Virus record (IMG/VR): IMGVR_UViG_3300005077_000042
Location: 1-40,327 of that record
Source of the DNA: a virus
Taxonomy: Duplodnaviria; Caudoviricetes
Reading direction: 5' to 3' (one strand)
DNA length: 40,327 bases
This document shows positions 28,300-37,466 of this stretch, piece by piece. The notes below the pieces were generated by a model. The model did not search any database, was not told the DNA's origin, and was given only the letters and a program-made list of their open reading frames with translations. Position numbers and translations under genes: made by a program. Within the stretch, counting starts at the first letter, position 1. Every line of letters begins with the position of its first letter.

Positions 28300-30315
28300 T
28301 TATCCTAATTGATTTTTAGACATGGCGAACATTCCCTTGGCAGCTTCCTGATCCAACTTAGATAACCGATCATGTTCTTTCTGTTCCATTGTTCTCTGGT
28401 GGGCAATACCAGACTCATTAGCCAGATACTCAAGATCTTGTTTATCTGCAGTTGATTCCAGATTTCTGCTCTTGGAAAGTTCAGTTTGAGTTTTAGCTGC
28501 TTTCAATTGAATGTCAGCAGCATTTTCCTGTCCTTTAGCTCGCTCATTAAATACTTGAGCTTCCAGCAGTGCAAGCTCAAGCTGTGCTTTCTGCTGTACT
28601 AAAGGATCTGCTTGCGGCTCATATGCCGCAATCATCTGAGCCAATCTAGGCATCTTACGAAGCTTGAATAGATCACCCAGAATCATTTTGGTCATTCCAA
28701 TATCCATGTTATTTCCAATAGTTTGAAGCATGAAAGCCAGCTCTTCCGCCTTCTGGTTGTCAGCTTCTGCTGTAGAAATAGTTAATAAAATATCGTAATG
28801 CCCGGTTAAATCATCTCTGCGTATAGTGACAAATTGCTCATTGGTTACTCTGACAACTTCTTCTTCAGAAAGAAATACACAATTCATTGCCATGATCTTT
28901 CTACCAACTTGCTTAATACCTTCTGCCAATCTTCTTAAAATACCAAGTTCTCTCTTGGAGGTAGCATCTAATGCAGAACGTATTCCAGTAGCAGTTCTAC
29001 CAAGGGCTTCACCAGAAATACCACTATGGAATGCTTTTACTCCAGTTAATGCTTCAGCATCCATATTCTGCTGATTAATCATATACTCAGCAGAGGTAGG
29101 TATCTGTTCAAAGGTGTGTACGTAGAAGGCTGTTCTTGGATCAGTTCCAGGATTAAATTCATAATCCTGCCCTTTATCAAATCTCCTCCAGTTGGTTGGA
29201 TCAAGAACATTCTTCAGTACACCTCTCTGTCCATTGGCAGATCTACCCATAATATCGATCATACCTCTGGTAACAGCACCAATAATACTCTGATTTTCAA
29301 TTAACAGTTCTCCATCTGGTTCTCCCCAGGGAGACTTTCTTACAGGCAGATAGGAAACGAATACAAATGGAAATTTATTATCAGGCATTGGATTCTCTTC
29401 CATTCGTACAACAGTGTTACCAACGAAGGAAGCAATAATAGGTTTTACAATACCTGAACCATCAATATCCCAGTATCCCCAGTACTCGTTTAACCAAAAC
29501 TTTTTACGTGGTTTATCTTTAAACTTGAAATCAGGCTGTTCTTCTTCTGTCAAATCATCAGGCGCAGTATAAATACTGGAATCTTCCAGATTGATATTAT
29601 CAAGGTTTTTATATCTGCCGTCTTTCTTCATTTCAGACATATTGGTTTCAACACTGTAAATGAGGAACTGTGCTTTATCAATATCTCCTTCACAGGTTGG
29701 ATCAATGAGGATTCTCTTGTAATGGCAGATTTCAACGGTAGGATGATTTGCTATAATAACCTTTTGTTTTTCAGTGGTAGTACCTGTCTGGATTTCTTCA
29801 TTGGTTATTGGATCAATATCCATGATAGGAACTTCTACTTCTTTGATAGTTTCTTCGTATTTCCAACCAACCCGGATAACAGCAGTACCCTCATCTACTG
29901 CAGTTCTTACAAATTCATCAATAAAAGCTACTTTATTTATTTTAGAGTTAAATTGATAATTTAGAACCAAACCAGCTTGGTCAGCAGCTTCTTTATCTTC
30001 TGCTGTTTCAGGTGCAGTATTAAATAAATCGTCGGTACTAAGGAAGGGTTCTGATAAAGCAGCATATCTCCACTCAGCCTGTTTTCTGATTAATCTTGGC
30101 TGTACGCTGGATCGATTAGCTTGTTTTTTTACTTTAGCTGAACCAGTAATGTTTAAGTGGTCTAACCAACGTTCAACATTGTTTACATGATCCACATAGA
30201 AAGTCTTAGCTTCCCTCAAATCACGCTTCAGATCCGTAATCTTTGGTTCATTCTTCCATTTGGTTAGAGGCTTACTCTCAACTACTTTGGAAAAATCAGT
30301 TAAATCTTCAACCAT
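28300..30315 (-). CDS. portal protein (N4 gp59-like)
   Basis: LTKWKNEP, RSSVQPRLIRKQAEWRYAALSEPFL, GAVTRGMID..GRSANGQ, EALTGVKAF and ASKRE-like ATSKRELGILRRLA motifs. Confidence 0.93.
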   Translation of the reverse strand: MVEDLTDFSKVVESKPLTKWKNEPKITDLKRDLREAKTFYVDHVNNVERWLDHLNITGSAKVKKQANRSSVQPRLIRKQAEWRYAALSEPFLSTDDLFNTAPETAEDKEAADQAGLVLNYQFNSKINKVAFIDEFVRTAVDEGTAVIRVGWKYEETIKEVEVPIMDIDPITNEEIQTGTTTEKQKVIIANHPTVEICHYKRILIDPTCEGDIDKAQFLIYSVETNMSEMKKDGRYKNLDNINLEDSSIYTAPDDLTEEEQPDFKFKDKPRKKFWLNEYWGYWDIDGSGIVKPIIASFVGNTVVRMEENPMPDNKFPFVFVSYLPVRKSPWGEPDGELLIENQSIIGAVTRGMIDIMGRSANGQRGVLKNVLDPTNWRRFDKGQDYEFNPGTDPRTAFYVHTFEQIPTSAEYMINQQNMDAEALTGVKAFHSGISGEALGRTATGIRSALDATSKRELGILRRLAEGIKQVGRKIMAMNCVFLSEEEVVRVTNEQFVTIRRDDLTGHYDILLTISTAEADNQKAEELAFMLQTIGNNMDIGMTKMILGDLFKLRKMPRLAQMIAAYEPQADPLVQQKAQLELALLEAQVFNERAKGQENAADIQLKAAKTQTELSKSRNLESTADKQDLEYLANESGIAHQRTMEQKEHDRLSKLDQEAAKGMFAMSKNQLG

Positions 30316-30324
30316 GTTTACCTT

Positions 30325-30576
30325 TTATAAAAGAGAAACCAAGCTTGCATCTGAAGAAGCTACAGTAATTTCACCAACATAAAACTTCTGATCATCACTA
30401 TCGGTATAGTAAACTTTATATGTATTAGCAAGTAATACAATAGAAGTACCGGGAGTAACTGTTGCTTTAGTCCATTTAAGTACAGTACCTGAAGTTTTAT
30501 CAGCTACAAATTCCAAAGTACCCGTAGTAACCGAAGTACCCTGAGGATTGGTAATGGCTGTAGTGATAGTTGGCAT
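30325..30576 (-). CDS. small stand-alone tail-fibre N-terminal-like (Ig/prealbumin-like) domain protein
   Basis: 83 aa, AAGGA SD. Aligns with the first ~90 aa of the 876-aa tail fibre (P.GT....G.L.F.A..T..TVL..TKA...Y.V.Y..S.....Y.G.I.V). Confidence 0.65.
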   Translation of the reverse strand: MPTITTAITNPQGTSVTTGTLEFVADKTSGTVLKWTKATVTPGTSIVLLANTYKVYYTDSDDQKFYVGEITVASSDASLVSLL

Positions 30577-30664
30577 TTAATCCTTAATTAATAGTAATAA
30601 CAATGTATATTACATTTACAATATAATTTCTTTATTGTAAATAGACATTATTATTAATAATAAA
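30577..30664 (-). promoter_or_regulatory. AT-rich intergenic region with three inverted repeats; candidate late promoter/regulatory site
   Basis: The largest intergenic gap in the late operon. Palindromes AATGTA-TAT-TACATT (30602-30616), ATTTACAATA..TATTGTAAAT (30614-30642) and TTATTATTAATAATAA (30648-30663). Upstream of the portal/head genes. Confidence 0.4.
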
Positions 30665-30838
30665 TTATTCTGATTTAGAAGATAATTTACTTAATAATTC
30701 TTCTTCTCTTTTAGCTCCAAGCTCTAGTGCCTGGATAATTACGATTAATTCTTTTAATCTTGTTTCCAATTCAAACATTCTGGATTTGGTATTCAGAAGC
30801 TCAAGTTGATATCTTTGTAATTCTTGTTGTAGTTTCAT
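30665..30838 (-). CDS. small coiled-coil protein (57 aa; not in ORF track), possible tail-fibre chaperone
   Basis: MKLQQELQRYQLELLNTKSRMFELETRLKELIVIIQALELGAKREEELLSKLSSKSE. The ATG is 2 nt after the tail-fibre stop. Heptad pattern. Confidence 0.6.
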   Translation of the reverse strand: MKLQQELQRYQLELLNTKSRMFELETRLKELIVIIQALELGAKREEELLSKLSSKSE

Positions 30839-30840
30839 AA

Positions 30841-33471
30841 TTAAAATTGCTGTCTAAGAACCCAATCAAAAGAGGTAACTACATAAGGAGATCCAGAAAC
30901 ATAAGTTAAATTTCCTCCAACAGGAAAACAATGTATGCATATATATAAATCCGATCCAACAACCATAGGAACAGCTGAAATACCTATATCACTTGTGGAA
31001 ATTGTTGGTGCATCCCCATAAATAGTTTTAACTTCTGCCATTGCTGTATAGCCAACTCGACTATTAGCAGTAAGCTGGCTAGAAACATTAACTCCTGTAT
31101 CAAACATGTATGAACCCCCAATTCTTGTTAAAACCGATACAAGTACACCTTCGTAATCATAAGTTGCAAGCCCATATAATTGAATACTTACACTAGATAC
31201 AGTTCCATTAGCAACTAAGTTTGAACGAATAGCTTCAACATTGGTTCCAGTCCACTTCAAATAGTTAGTACCATCTCCAATATTAAACTTATACCCAGAA
31301 TCGTATCCAAGAAAGAAACCCGCATCAGTATCTGCATAGCTTGTTTTACCATCTGAGTAAATTTTACCTGAAGAACCAATAACAATAGCATCTGAAACAG
31401 ATAAGCTTCCACCAGTAATGGTACATGCAGATAAATTACCTTTAACAGTTAAAGCTGACCCATTCCATCTAAGGTAATTAGACCCATCCCCAATATCCAA
31501 CTTATAAGCTGATCCACTATAACCAAGAAAGAAACCAGCACTGGCATCTTCATAATCATCTTTGCCTGAACTATGAATATTCCCGTATGTTCCAACGATT
31601 ACAGCACCAGCTGCTACACTTCCTCCGCTTAAAGTAGAACCAGAAATATTACCTTTAAATACTGCACTACCTGTACTTGGATTAATATCCACAGTAAGAT
31701 TACCTGATCCATCATAAGCCTGAAATCCTTGTGCTGAACCAAGGATTAAACCTGCTGTTGCTGGATCAGAGGGAGTTACCTGATCCCCAGGATTATCTCC
31801 CACGTATAATGCTCCCCCAGATTCAATCTGAATCTTAAGAGCAAACAGATCTGCTACATTAATCTTTTCAGCAGTAATACCTTCAGGTTCGATTAATACA
31901 GCAGCTCCATGCCTACAGATAATATTGCTAAAGGTAATATTACTGGTAACAGCTCCTGTTTTTAATCTGATAAAACCTTTAACTGCATCAGCAGGTGCAG
32001 TAACATATGCTTCAACATTTACTGGATTAGCTGGAGCTGAGCTGTCAGCATTGGTTCCGGTATAGCCAGAAGTTAATTCATTATCTGAACTATCCAGAAA
32101 GACCAGTAAGAATCCTTTATCAGCATACCCAGCAGCAGAACTCCAATCCAATGTTACACAAACATAAAACTTATCGCCTTCTACACAATCAAACTGTAAA
32201 TCATTATCTGCAGAAGTGTTAGCACCAAATACAGCATAGCCATCTGCTCCAGGAGTGATAGGAGGTACTGCTCCAAAATCCCAATTGAGAAACTCACCAG
32301 CATCAGAATCATAAAGAGTAAAAGTATGATTATGCACTAAGTTAGTTAAATCCAATACAGCTAGCTTACTTGCTACAATAGCATTAGCAGCAATCTTATC
32401 CTGTACAATAGCTCCATTAGCTATCTGTTGCGCTTGAATAGCTCCTGCTTCAATAAGCTGTCCTACATTGGTTTCACTAACTTTAATGGAGTGGTATGGT
32501 CCTACTGGGCCTGTAATGGAAGATAACTGGTTGCTGGTATCCTGTACTATAAATTTAAAGTAATAATCTGTAGTATCATCAGTTTGATATGTGAATGTTT
32601 CAGCATATCCAGTATAAACTCTGTTATCAGCAGCAGGAGTAAACCCTGAATCAGTATCAGCGTATACGTGGATTAGAGGGGTGGATACTCCTGCGGGGTT
32701 CTCCCAGCGAAGAACAATTGCTTTCAGAGTACTGGAACCAGTAACACTATCTGCACTAATAGCTTGTACTGCAGCAGGAGTAACTGTAATTGTAGCAGAA
32801 GCATATCCAGGAGCAAGCTGATTGGAGTTTACTGCAGAATAAGCACGTATTTCTACGTAGTATGTCTCATTTACTTCTACAGGACCAATTCGAAAGAATT
32901 CTTCAGTGGTTTCCATTACAGAAGTTTGAGAAGCATTCTTGTAATAAGAAACTCTGTATTTAACTGGATTACCCGAAGCACTTGTAGAAGCATCCCAGGT
33001 AGCATCAATGAAATATTTCGGTATGCTTTGGGTTTCATCAACATAAATCTCTACTGCAAGATTCTGTGGAGTGGTTGGAGTATCCTCTGAATCGTAATTC
33101 ACTACGAGATAAGAACCAGCAGCTTGATATGTACTCGCAAGGCTTGCAATAGCAGCATCAATGTAAGAAGTGATACTATCAGGAGGAGTTACTGCAGAAT
33201 CGATGAGTAATTGATTAAGAGTTGTACTGGAACCTGTCTCCACTAGAATTCTTCCAAGATAAATAGCTGGATTAGAGGAATCCTCATACCATACGCCGTA
33301 TCTTCCGTTCTGGAGAGTAATACTGTATAAACCATCTGAAGAAACCAAAGCAGAAGCTTTAGTTCCTTCAAGCACAGTATCATTAGTAGTTACTGCAATG
33401 AATACAAGATAACCTGAACCCAATGCAGTACCATCTGGTTTAACCAGAGTTCCAGTAAGTATCCTGCTCAT
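30841..33471 (-). CDS. tail fibre / receptor-binding protein
   Basis: N-terminal Stf-like anchor domain, two fibronectin-III-like domains (P.TPQNL..W..Y...Y.VEIRA), 10-residue AGAI..KIA repeats, a carbohydrate-binding-like domain and duplicated GFFLGY..IGDG.NYL.W.G units. Confidence 0.8.
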   Translation of the reverse strand: MSRILTGTLVKPDGTALGSGYLVFIAVTTNDTVLEGTKASALVSSDGLYSITLQNGRYGVWYEDSSNPAIYLGRILVETGSSTTLNQLLIDSAVTPPDSITSYIDAAIASLASTYQAAGSYLVVNYDSEDTPTTPQNLAVEIYVDETQSIPKYFIDATWDASTSASGNPVKYRVSYYKNASQTSVMETTEEFFRIGPVEVNETYYVEIRAYSAVNSNQLAPGYASATITVTPAAVQAISADSVTGSSTLKAIVLRWENPAGVSTPLIHVYADTDSGFTPAADNRVYTGYAETFTYQTDDTTDYYFKFIVQDTSNQLSSITGPVGPYHSIKVSETNVGQLIEAGAIQAQQIANGAIVQDKIAANAIVASKLAVLDLTNLVHNHTFTLYDSDAGEFLNWDFGAVPPITPGADGYAVFGANTSADNDLQFDCVEGDKFYVCVTLDWSSAAGYADKGFLLVFLDSSDNELTSGYTGTNADSSAPANPVNVEAYVTAPADAVKGFIRLKTGAVTSNITFSNIICRHGAAVLIEPEGITAEKINVADLFALKIQIESGGALYVGDNPGDQVTPSDPATAGLILGSAQGFQAYDGSGNLTVDINPSTGSAVFKGNISGSTLSGGSVAAGAVIVGTYGNIHSSGKDDYEDASAGFFLGYSGSAYKLDIGDGSNYLRWNGSALTVKGNLSACTITGGSLSVSDAIVIGSSGKIYSDGKTSYADTDAGFFLGYDSGYKFNIGDGTNYLKWTGTNVEAIRSNLVANGTVSSVSIQLYGLATYDYEGVLVSVLTRIGGSYMFDTGVNVSSQLTANSRVGYTAMAEVKTIYGDAPTISTSDIGISAVPMVVGSDLYICIHCFPVGGNLTYVSGSPYVVTSFDWVLRQQF
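31220..31620 (-). repeat. 72-aa tandem duplication within the tail fibre
   Basis: IHSSGKDDYEDASAGFFLGYSGSAYKLDIGDGSNYLRWNG vs IYSDGKTSYADTDAGFFLGYDSGYKFNIGDGTNYLKWTG. CCAAGAAAGAAACC occurs at 31523 and 31307 (offset 216). Confidence 0.8.
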
Positions 33472-33869
33472 GTTGTAATTCCTATCAGTTGAAAGTGCGG
33501 ATAATCTTTAATACTAAGCCATTCACCTCCCCACTCAAGATCAATACCTAGATCCTCTGCAGCCTGCAGTACTCTACCAGCCATATGTTTAAATTCTCCA
33601 ATATCATTCCAGGGAATTCCATTATTTATCCAGGGAGCAAGATCTATGGCAAGTGAATAAGGCTTGTTTTCAAACATGTTGTTATGTTTACTTTTAGGCC
33701 AGGATACCGTTGATTTACCAGTTTGAAAAGCAACTATTTGAGATTCTTTGTCTCTCCAACCACAAACAACAGTAATATCATATGTTTTGATTACTTTCCT
33801 TGCTACCAATTGAATCAAGGGATGACAAGTATTTAAACGAGCTATGGATGTTCTACCGAACTCAGGCAT
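33468..33869 (-). CDS. endolysin, M15-family L-alanyl-D-glutamate peptidase
   Basis: L...HP, TVVCGWR, SKH, AIDLAP, WGG.W and DYPHFQL. The likely start is ATG 33869 (GAGG SD), not 33881. Confidence 0.9.
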   Translation of the reverse strand: MPEFGRTSIARLNTCHPLIQLVARKVIKTYDITVVCGWRDKESQIVAFQTGKSTVSWPKSKHNNMFENKPYSLAIDLAPWINNGIPWNDIGEFKHMAGRVLQAAEDLGIDLEWGGEWLSIKDYPHFQLIGITT

Positions 33870-34692
33870 ACTGTACCTCAAGAAATTGTTTTAAATGATC
33901 CCAGCACTCTCCTTCAAGCATTTCCTTGGAAGTCCATTGGGTATAAGCGAAATCATAGCCCCACTGAGTTCTATCAGGAATATGCTGATATTCCCATGAA
34001 GGAAGAGTATGAGTAGTTACACCCCAAACCATCGAACCAGGATGGCATGAGATAGTTGGTTTACCCTGCATAATTGCCTCAACACCAGCTGAAGAACTGT
34101 AAGTTACAACACAGAAAGCATTACTAATCTGTTCAATCAAATCATCTGCTCTATCCAACCAGGTAACACTAGGCCCAGGGTGTGGTCTATATACCACAGG
34201 TATATGTCTTTGGGTAAAGTAAAGCATTGTATCTTTTGCCCATTGTTCAATATCGCAACCAAAAAGAGCAGAATCTCCAGGCATCTGACCCAACACAAGA
34301 ACATAATGCCCACGTAAACTCCAGGGTTTTATCTTGTAGGCATGGTATTTCTCCCAACGATCAGAAGGCATGGATTGGTTACAAAATTCAGCTAAACCAT
34401 TAAGGTTATTAAAGCCAGCCATAGCCCATTTGCTTCTATTGGGAGTAAATCCCCTTTCGATTATTACTACTGGAATTTTATGTTTAATATACCAATCATA
34501 AAGAAGTTTATCTCTAGTATTCCATAATACTCCTAATTCTCCTTGCATTGGAGGACTGTGAACAGATACATAATTTACTTTAATACCATGTTTCTTTAGT
34601 CCTTCACCAAAATGACTAAGCCAGTAACCAGTAGCTACCCTATCATCGGTTAAAGTAAATTTGCTTAAATAAACATTAGCTGTTAATTGCAT
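33862..34692 (-). CDS. capsule-synthesis (KpsS/KpsC-like) glycosyltransferase-like protein, paralog B
   Basis: IERGF, VLVLGQ.PGDS, YRPHP and VVTYSSSAGVEAIMQGKP motifs characteristic of the capsule_synth family. Confidence 0.7.
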   Translation of the reverse strand: MQLTANVYLSKFTLTDDRVATGYWLSHFGEGLKKHGIKVNYVSVHSPPMQGELGVLWNTRDKLLYDWYIKHKIPVVIIERGFTPNRSKWAMAGFNNLNGLAEFCNQSMPSDRWEKYHAYKIKPWSLRGHYVLVLGQMPGDSALFGCDIEQWAKDTMLYFTQRHIPVVYRPHPGPSVTWLDRADDLIEQISNAFCVVTYSSSAGVEAIMQGKPTISCHPGSMVWGVTTHTLPSWEYQHIPDRTQWGYDFAYTQWTSKEMLEGECWDHLKQFLEVQYA

Positions 34693-34705
34693 TTATTACC
34701 TGTAA

Positions 34706-35068
34706 TTATTCTTCACATTTGGATGCTAGAAAGGCTGGTTTACCAAACTTACTCACAGCTTCATAATATAACGAAGCTCTGCGTTTTCGCAGTTTGGTTA
34801 ACCATGCCCAGGAACTCTGGGAATCAATGATAGCATTCATATTATCCAGAAATACCTTATCTGCTTTCTTACGGTCTTCTTCAGTAACGCCTATCTGATA
34901 CATGTAATCATGGATATCTGCTGCTTCACTGACATCCAAACCCCAGATAGTATCAGGGAATAAGAAACCATATCCTTTTGGTCCTACTCCATTACAGATT
35001 TCCTTTTTAGTTTCTGGATCTAAAGACCAGTAAGACTCAGGAGCTTTCAGTATGCCTTGATATTTCAT
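34706..35068 (-). CDS. phospholipase A2-like / DUF1353-like HD protein
   Basis: CNGVGP..PD..G..AADIHDYMY..D.KKADKVF..YY.AV..FG pattern. GGAG SD. Confidence 0.55.
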   Translation of the reverse strand: MKYQGILKAPESYWSLDPETKKEICNGVGPKGYGFLFPDTIWGLDVSEAADIHDYMYQIGVTEEDRKKADKVFLDNMNAIIDSQSSWAWLTKLRKRRASLYYEAVSKFGKPAFLASKCEE

Positions 35069-35077
35069 ATTACTCTC

Positions 35078-35905
35078 CTATTTAAAGAATTGTTTTAAAT
35101 GTTCCCAAGCATCCCCATGTAGAAATTCTTCTACAGTCCACTGAGAATAGGCAAGGCTGTATCTCCATTGGGTTCTATCTGGCATGTGTTGGTTAAGACA
35201 GTCATTCAATGTATGTTCTGTAATATTCCATACCATTGAGCCAGGATGCATAGATATAGTTGGCTTACCTCTAAGTATGGATTGTACCCCAGCTGAACTG
35301 TTATAAGTAACTACACAGAATGCATTATCAATAGCCTCATATAAGCCAGGAGGAATATCCATCTTTACCAGTACTTCCCCAGGATGGGGTCTGTACATGA
35401 AAGGAATCTTGTTATCAACAAAGAACTTTTTACAAGTATTCACCCAGTTTTCTACATCTAATCCATACAAAGCACTATCTCCCTGTACTTGCCCGAGCAG
35501 AAGAACATACTGTCCTTTCAGGTTCCAGTGTTGCATCATACCAGTAAAGTATTTCTCCCATCTATCTGAAGGGGAATTTTCATTGCAAAAATTAGCCAAT
35601 CCATTTAATCCATTATAACCAGCCATACTCCACTTGCTTCTATTAGGAATAAACCCCCGTTCAATACAGATAAAAGGAATATTATTATCTCTACAGAAGT
35701 TAATAATAGGAATATCTCTTACACCCCATAGTACAGCAAGGTCACATTTCATTGGATCAGTTCCTCTAAGAGGGACTATTTTAGTACTGGATATTCCCTG
35801 CCTGTTCATTCCCTTGATAAAGGAGCAAATCCAAGCACTGATTCCATATTGGAAATCCAATGTATTCTTAAGCGCATAAGCAACCACCTGGAAATTATTA
35901 AACAT
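35078..35905 (-). CDS. capsule-synthesis (KpsS/KpsC-like) glycosyltransferase-like protein, paralog A
   Basis: IERGF, VLLLGQVQGDS, YRPHP and VVTYNSSAGVQSILRGKP. Long blocks identical to 33862-34692. Confidence 0.7.
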   Translation of the reverse strand: MFNNFQVVAYALKNTLDFQYGISAWICSFIKGMNRQGISSTKIVPLRGTDPMKCDLAVLWGVRDIPIINFCRDNNIPFICIERGFIPNRSKWSMAGYNGLNGLANFCNENSPSDRWEKYFTGMMQHWNLKGQYVLLLGQVQGDSALYGLDVENWVNTCKKFFVDNKIPFMYRPHPGEVLVKMDIPPGLYEAIDNAFCVVTYNSSAGVQSILRGKPTISMHPGSMVWNITEHTLNDCLNQHMPDRTQWRYSLAYSQWTVEEFLHGDAWEHLKQFFK

Positions 35906-35910
35906 AATAT

Positions 35911-36468
35911 TTAATCAATAATACAATCATTAAAGAAATACATTCCAGATTTACGAAAGAAATCCCTATCCAAGGTAGAAGCTTTCTTAATGTATTCTGA
36001 TACAGAATGATTATATTTAAATCCATAATCTGTAAAAACTTTAATCCAATAAGAAGGAAGTTGGGGATTTACATGACACTTTGGGCGTGGATTATCTGAT
36101 GCTGTAAGAATGACTCTTCTGCAATGTTGAAAAGAATTCATGAAGTTAGGAATATATTTTTCTTCAACATGTTCCAGGAATTCAACAGACCACCCAAAAT
36201 CATAATAAATATCCTGATGATCCAAAGGACCAGTTGTGTAATCATGGATTATACAGGGAGCAACTCTATCCAGAGTAAAGTCACCATCAACCCCTATAGC
36301 TTTAATTCCTTTATTTAAAGCATATTCAACTATTCCTCCAGGCCCACAACCAATATCCAGTAAACTATTCACAGTAAATTTAGTAATCATGAAATTAAAG
36401 ACTCCTTCATCAATATGAGTCTTATTTCCATGTCCTCCCAGGTGTGAAGGAAGTATTAATTTAGACAT
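35911..36468 (-). CDS. class I SAM-dependent methyltransferase (probably glycan O-methyltransferase type)
   Basis: Motif I LLDIGCGPG, GVDG, D..WSVEFLEHV and HVNPQ..YW. Confidence 0.8.
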   Translation of the reverse strand: MSKLILPSHLGGHGNKTHIDEGVFNFMITKFTVNSLLDIGCGPGGIVEYALNKGIKAIGVDGDFTLDRVAPCIIHDYTTGPLDHQDIYYDFGWSVEFLEHVEEKYIPNFMNSFQHCRRVILTASDNPRPKCHVNPQLPSYWIKVFTDYGFKYNHSVSEYIKKASTLDRDFFRKSGMYFFNDCIID

Positions 36469-36481
36469 TATAAAGTTTTAA

Positions 36482-37447
36482 TTATTTTGTTGTATTCTTG
36501 GGAACTTGAGAATCAAACCAAAGCATATGTCTTTTCTCCCTAAGTACTTCATAATTTTGATTCTGTATTTCCTTATACCAAGAAGTATACTTATCTCCCA
36601 GGAGTTTTTGGTAGTATCCTTCCAATCTACAAGATTTTAGTACAGTAGGTGTATACGTAACTCCCCAATGCCACCAATCTAATTCCTGATCCAATAACCA
36701 AATATTTAATACCTGCCCTAAATCCAAATAAAAAACATCCGGATATTTAAGGCTTAAATAATACGTTAACCAATAAGAGAGTGAGCCTGCTCTAAATAAT
36801 ACTATTGCAGGTTTATTCACCTTTTCAAGAATTTCCTCAATTTTCTTCAAAATATCATAACGATATTTAGATGCAAATATAAGAGGTATTTCAATGTGCG
36901 TAAACCCGGATAAATTCCATCTTTCGCCAAGTATAGACAATACATCTGATCCAACAACTACAGTATGCATGCGTTGACAGATCCTAGGTAAGACAGCTAT
37001 TTCCCCAGAAATAGCCATACTTTTATACATCCGGCTGTCATACAGCGTAAGATCTTTATTTTTAATAGCTGCTCTGAGTGTACTGATGTATGTTTCTGCT
37101 CGATGAGTCACCAGCTTTTCTGGATCAGAATGATAATCCAATAAACCAACGCTAAGAAACATGTTAGGCAATCTAGAAACATTCTCCAATGAATTCATTA
37201 TTTCCTGGATAAATCCAGGTACTCCCATACCATGTATTCCCATCATGCAGACAGTATCGTTTGGTTCTCCCTGTGCGGCTAACCAGAATCCATGCGTAAG
37301 TCTTGGAAAAGCAAAAGGTTTTCTATCTTTTAAGCATTTAAGGAAATACCTGGAATTAGGATAATAAATTTTAATGTCTTTTGTTAAAGGGATAATCTGA
37401 ATATATGGACAACTAATAGCTTTTTTCCGGTTATTACAAACAGTCAT
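36482..37447 (-). CDS. putative GT-D-fold (DUF1792-like) glycosyltransferase
   Basis: PFAFPRLTHG (cf. RxGDGE), VVVGS, HIEIP...A, IVLFRAG..L...L and YLDLG pattern of GT-D-like proteins. The match is divergent. Confidence 0.45.
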   Translation of the reverse strand: MTVCNNRKKAISCPYIQIIPLTKDIKIYYPNSRYFLKCLKDRKPFAFPRLTHGFWLAAQGEPNDTVCMMGIHGMGVPGFIQEIMNSLENVSRLPNMFLSVGLLDYHSDPEKLVTHRAETYISTLRAAIKNKDLTLYDSRMYKSMAISGEIAVLPRICQRMHTVVVGSDVLSILGERWNLSGFTHIEIPLIFASKYRYDILKKIEEILEKVNKPAIVLFRAGSLSYWLTYYLSLKYPDVFYLDLGQVLNIWLLDQELDWWHWGVTYTPTVLKSCRLEGYYQKLLGDKYTSWYKEIQNQNYEVLREKRHMLWFDSQVPKNTTK

Positions 37448-37466
37448 TATTCACCTTTTGCTTAAA

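Noticed and set aside
35911-36468. Interpretation as a DNA methyltransferase or DNA-modification gene
   Set aside because: Lacks DPPY/NPPY or PC catalytic motifs and lies in the late operon with glycan-type enzymes, not in the replication module. Not formally excluded without nucleoside analysis.
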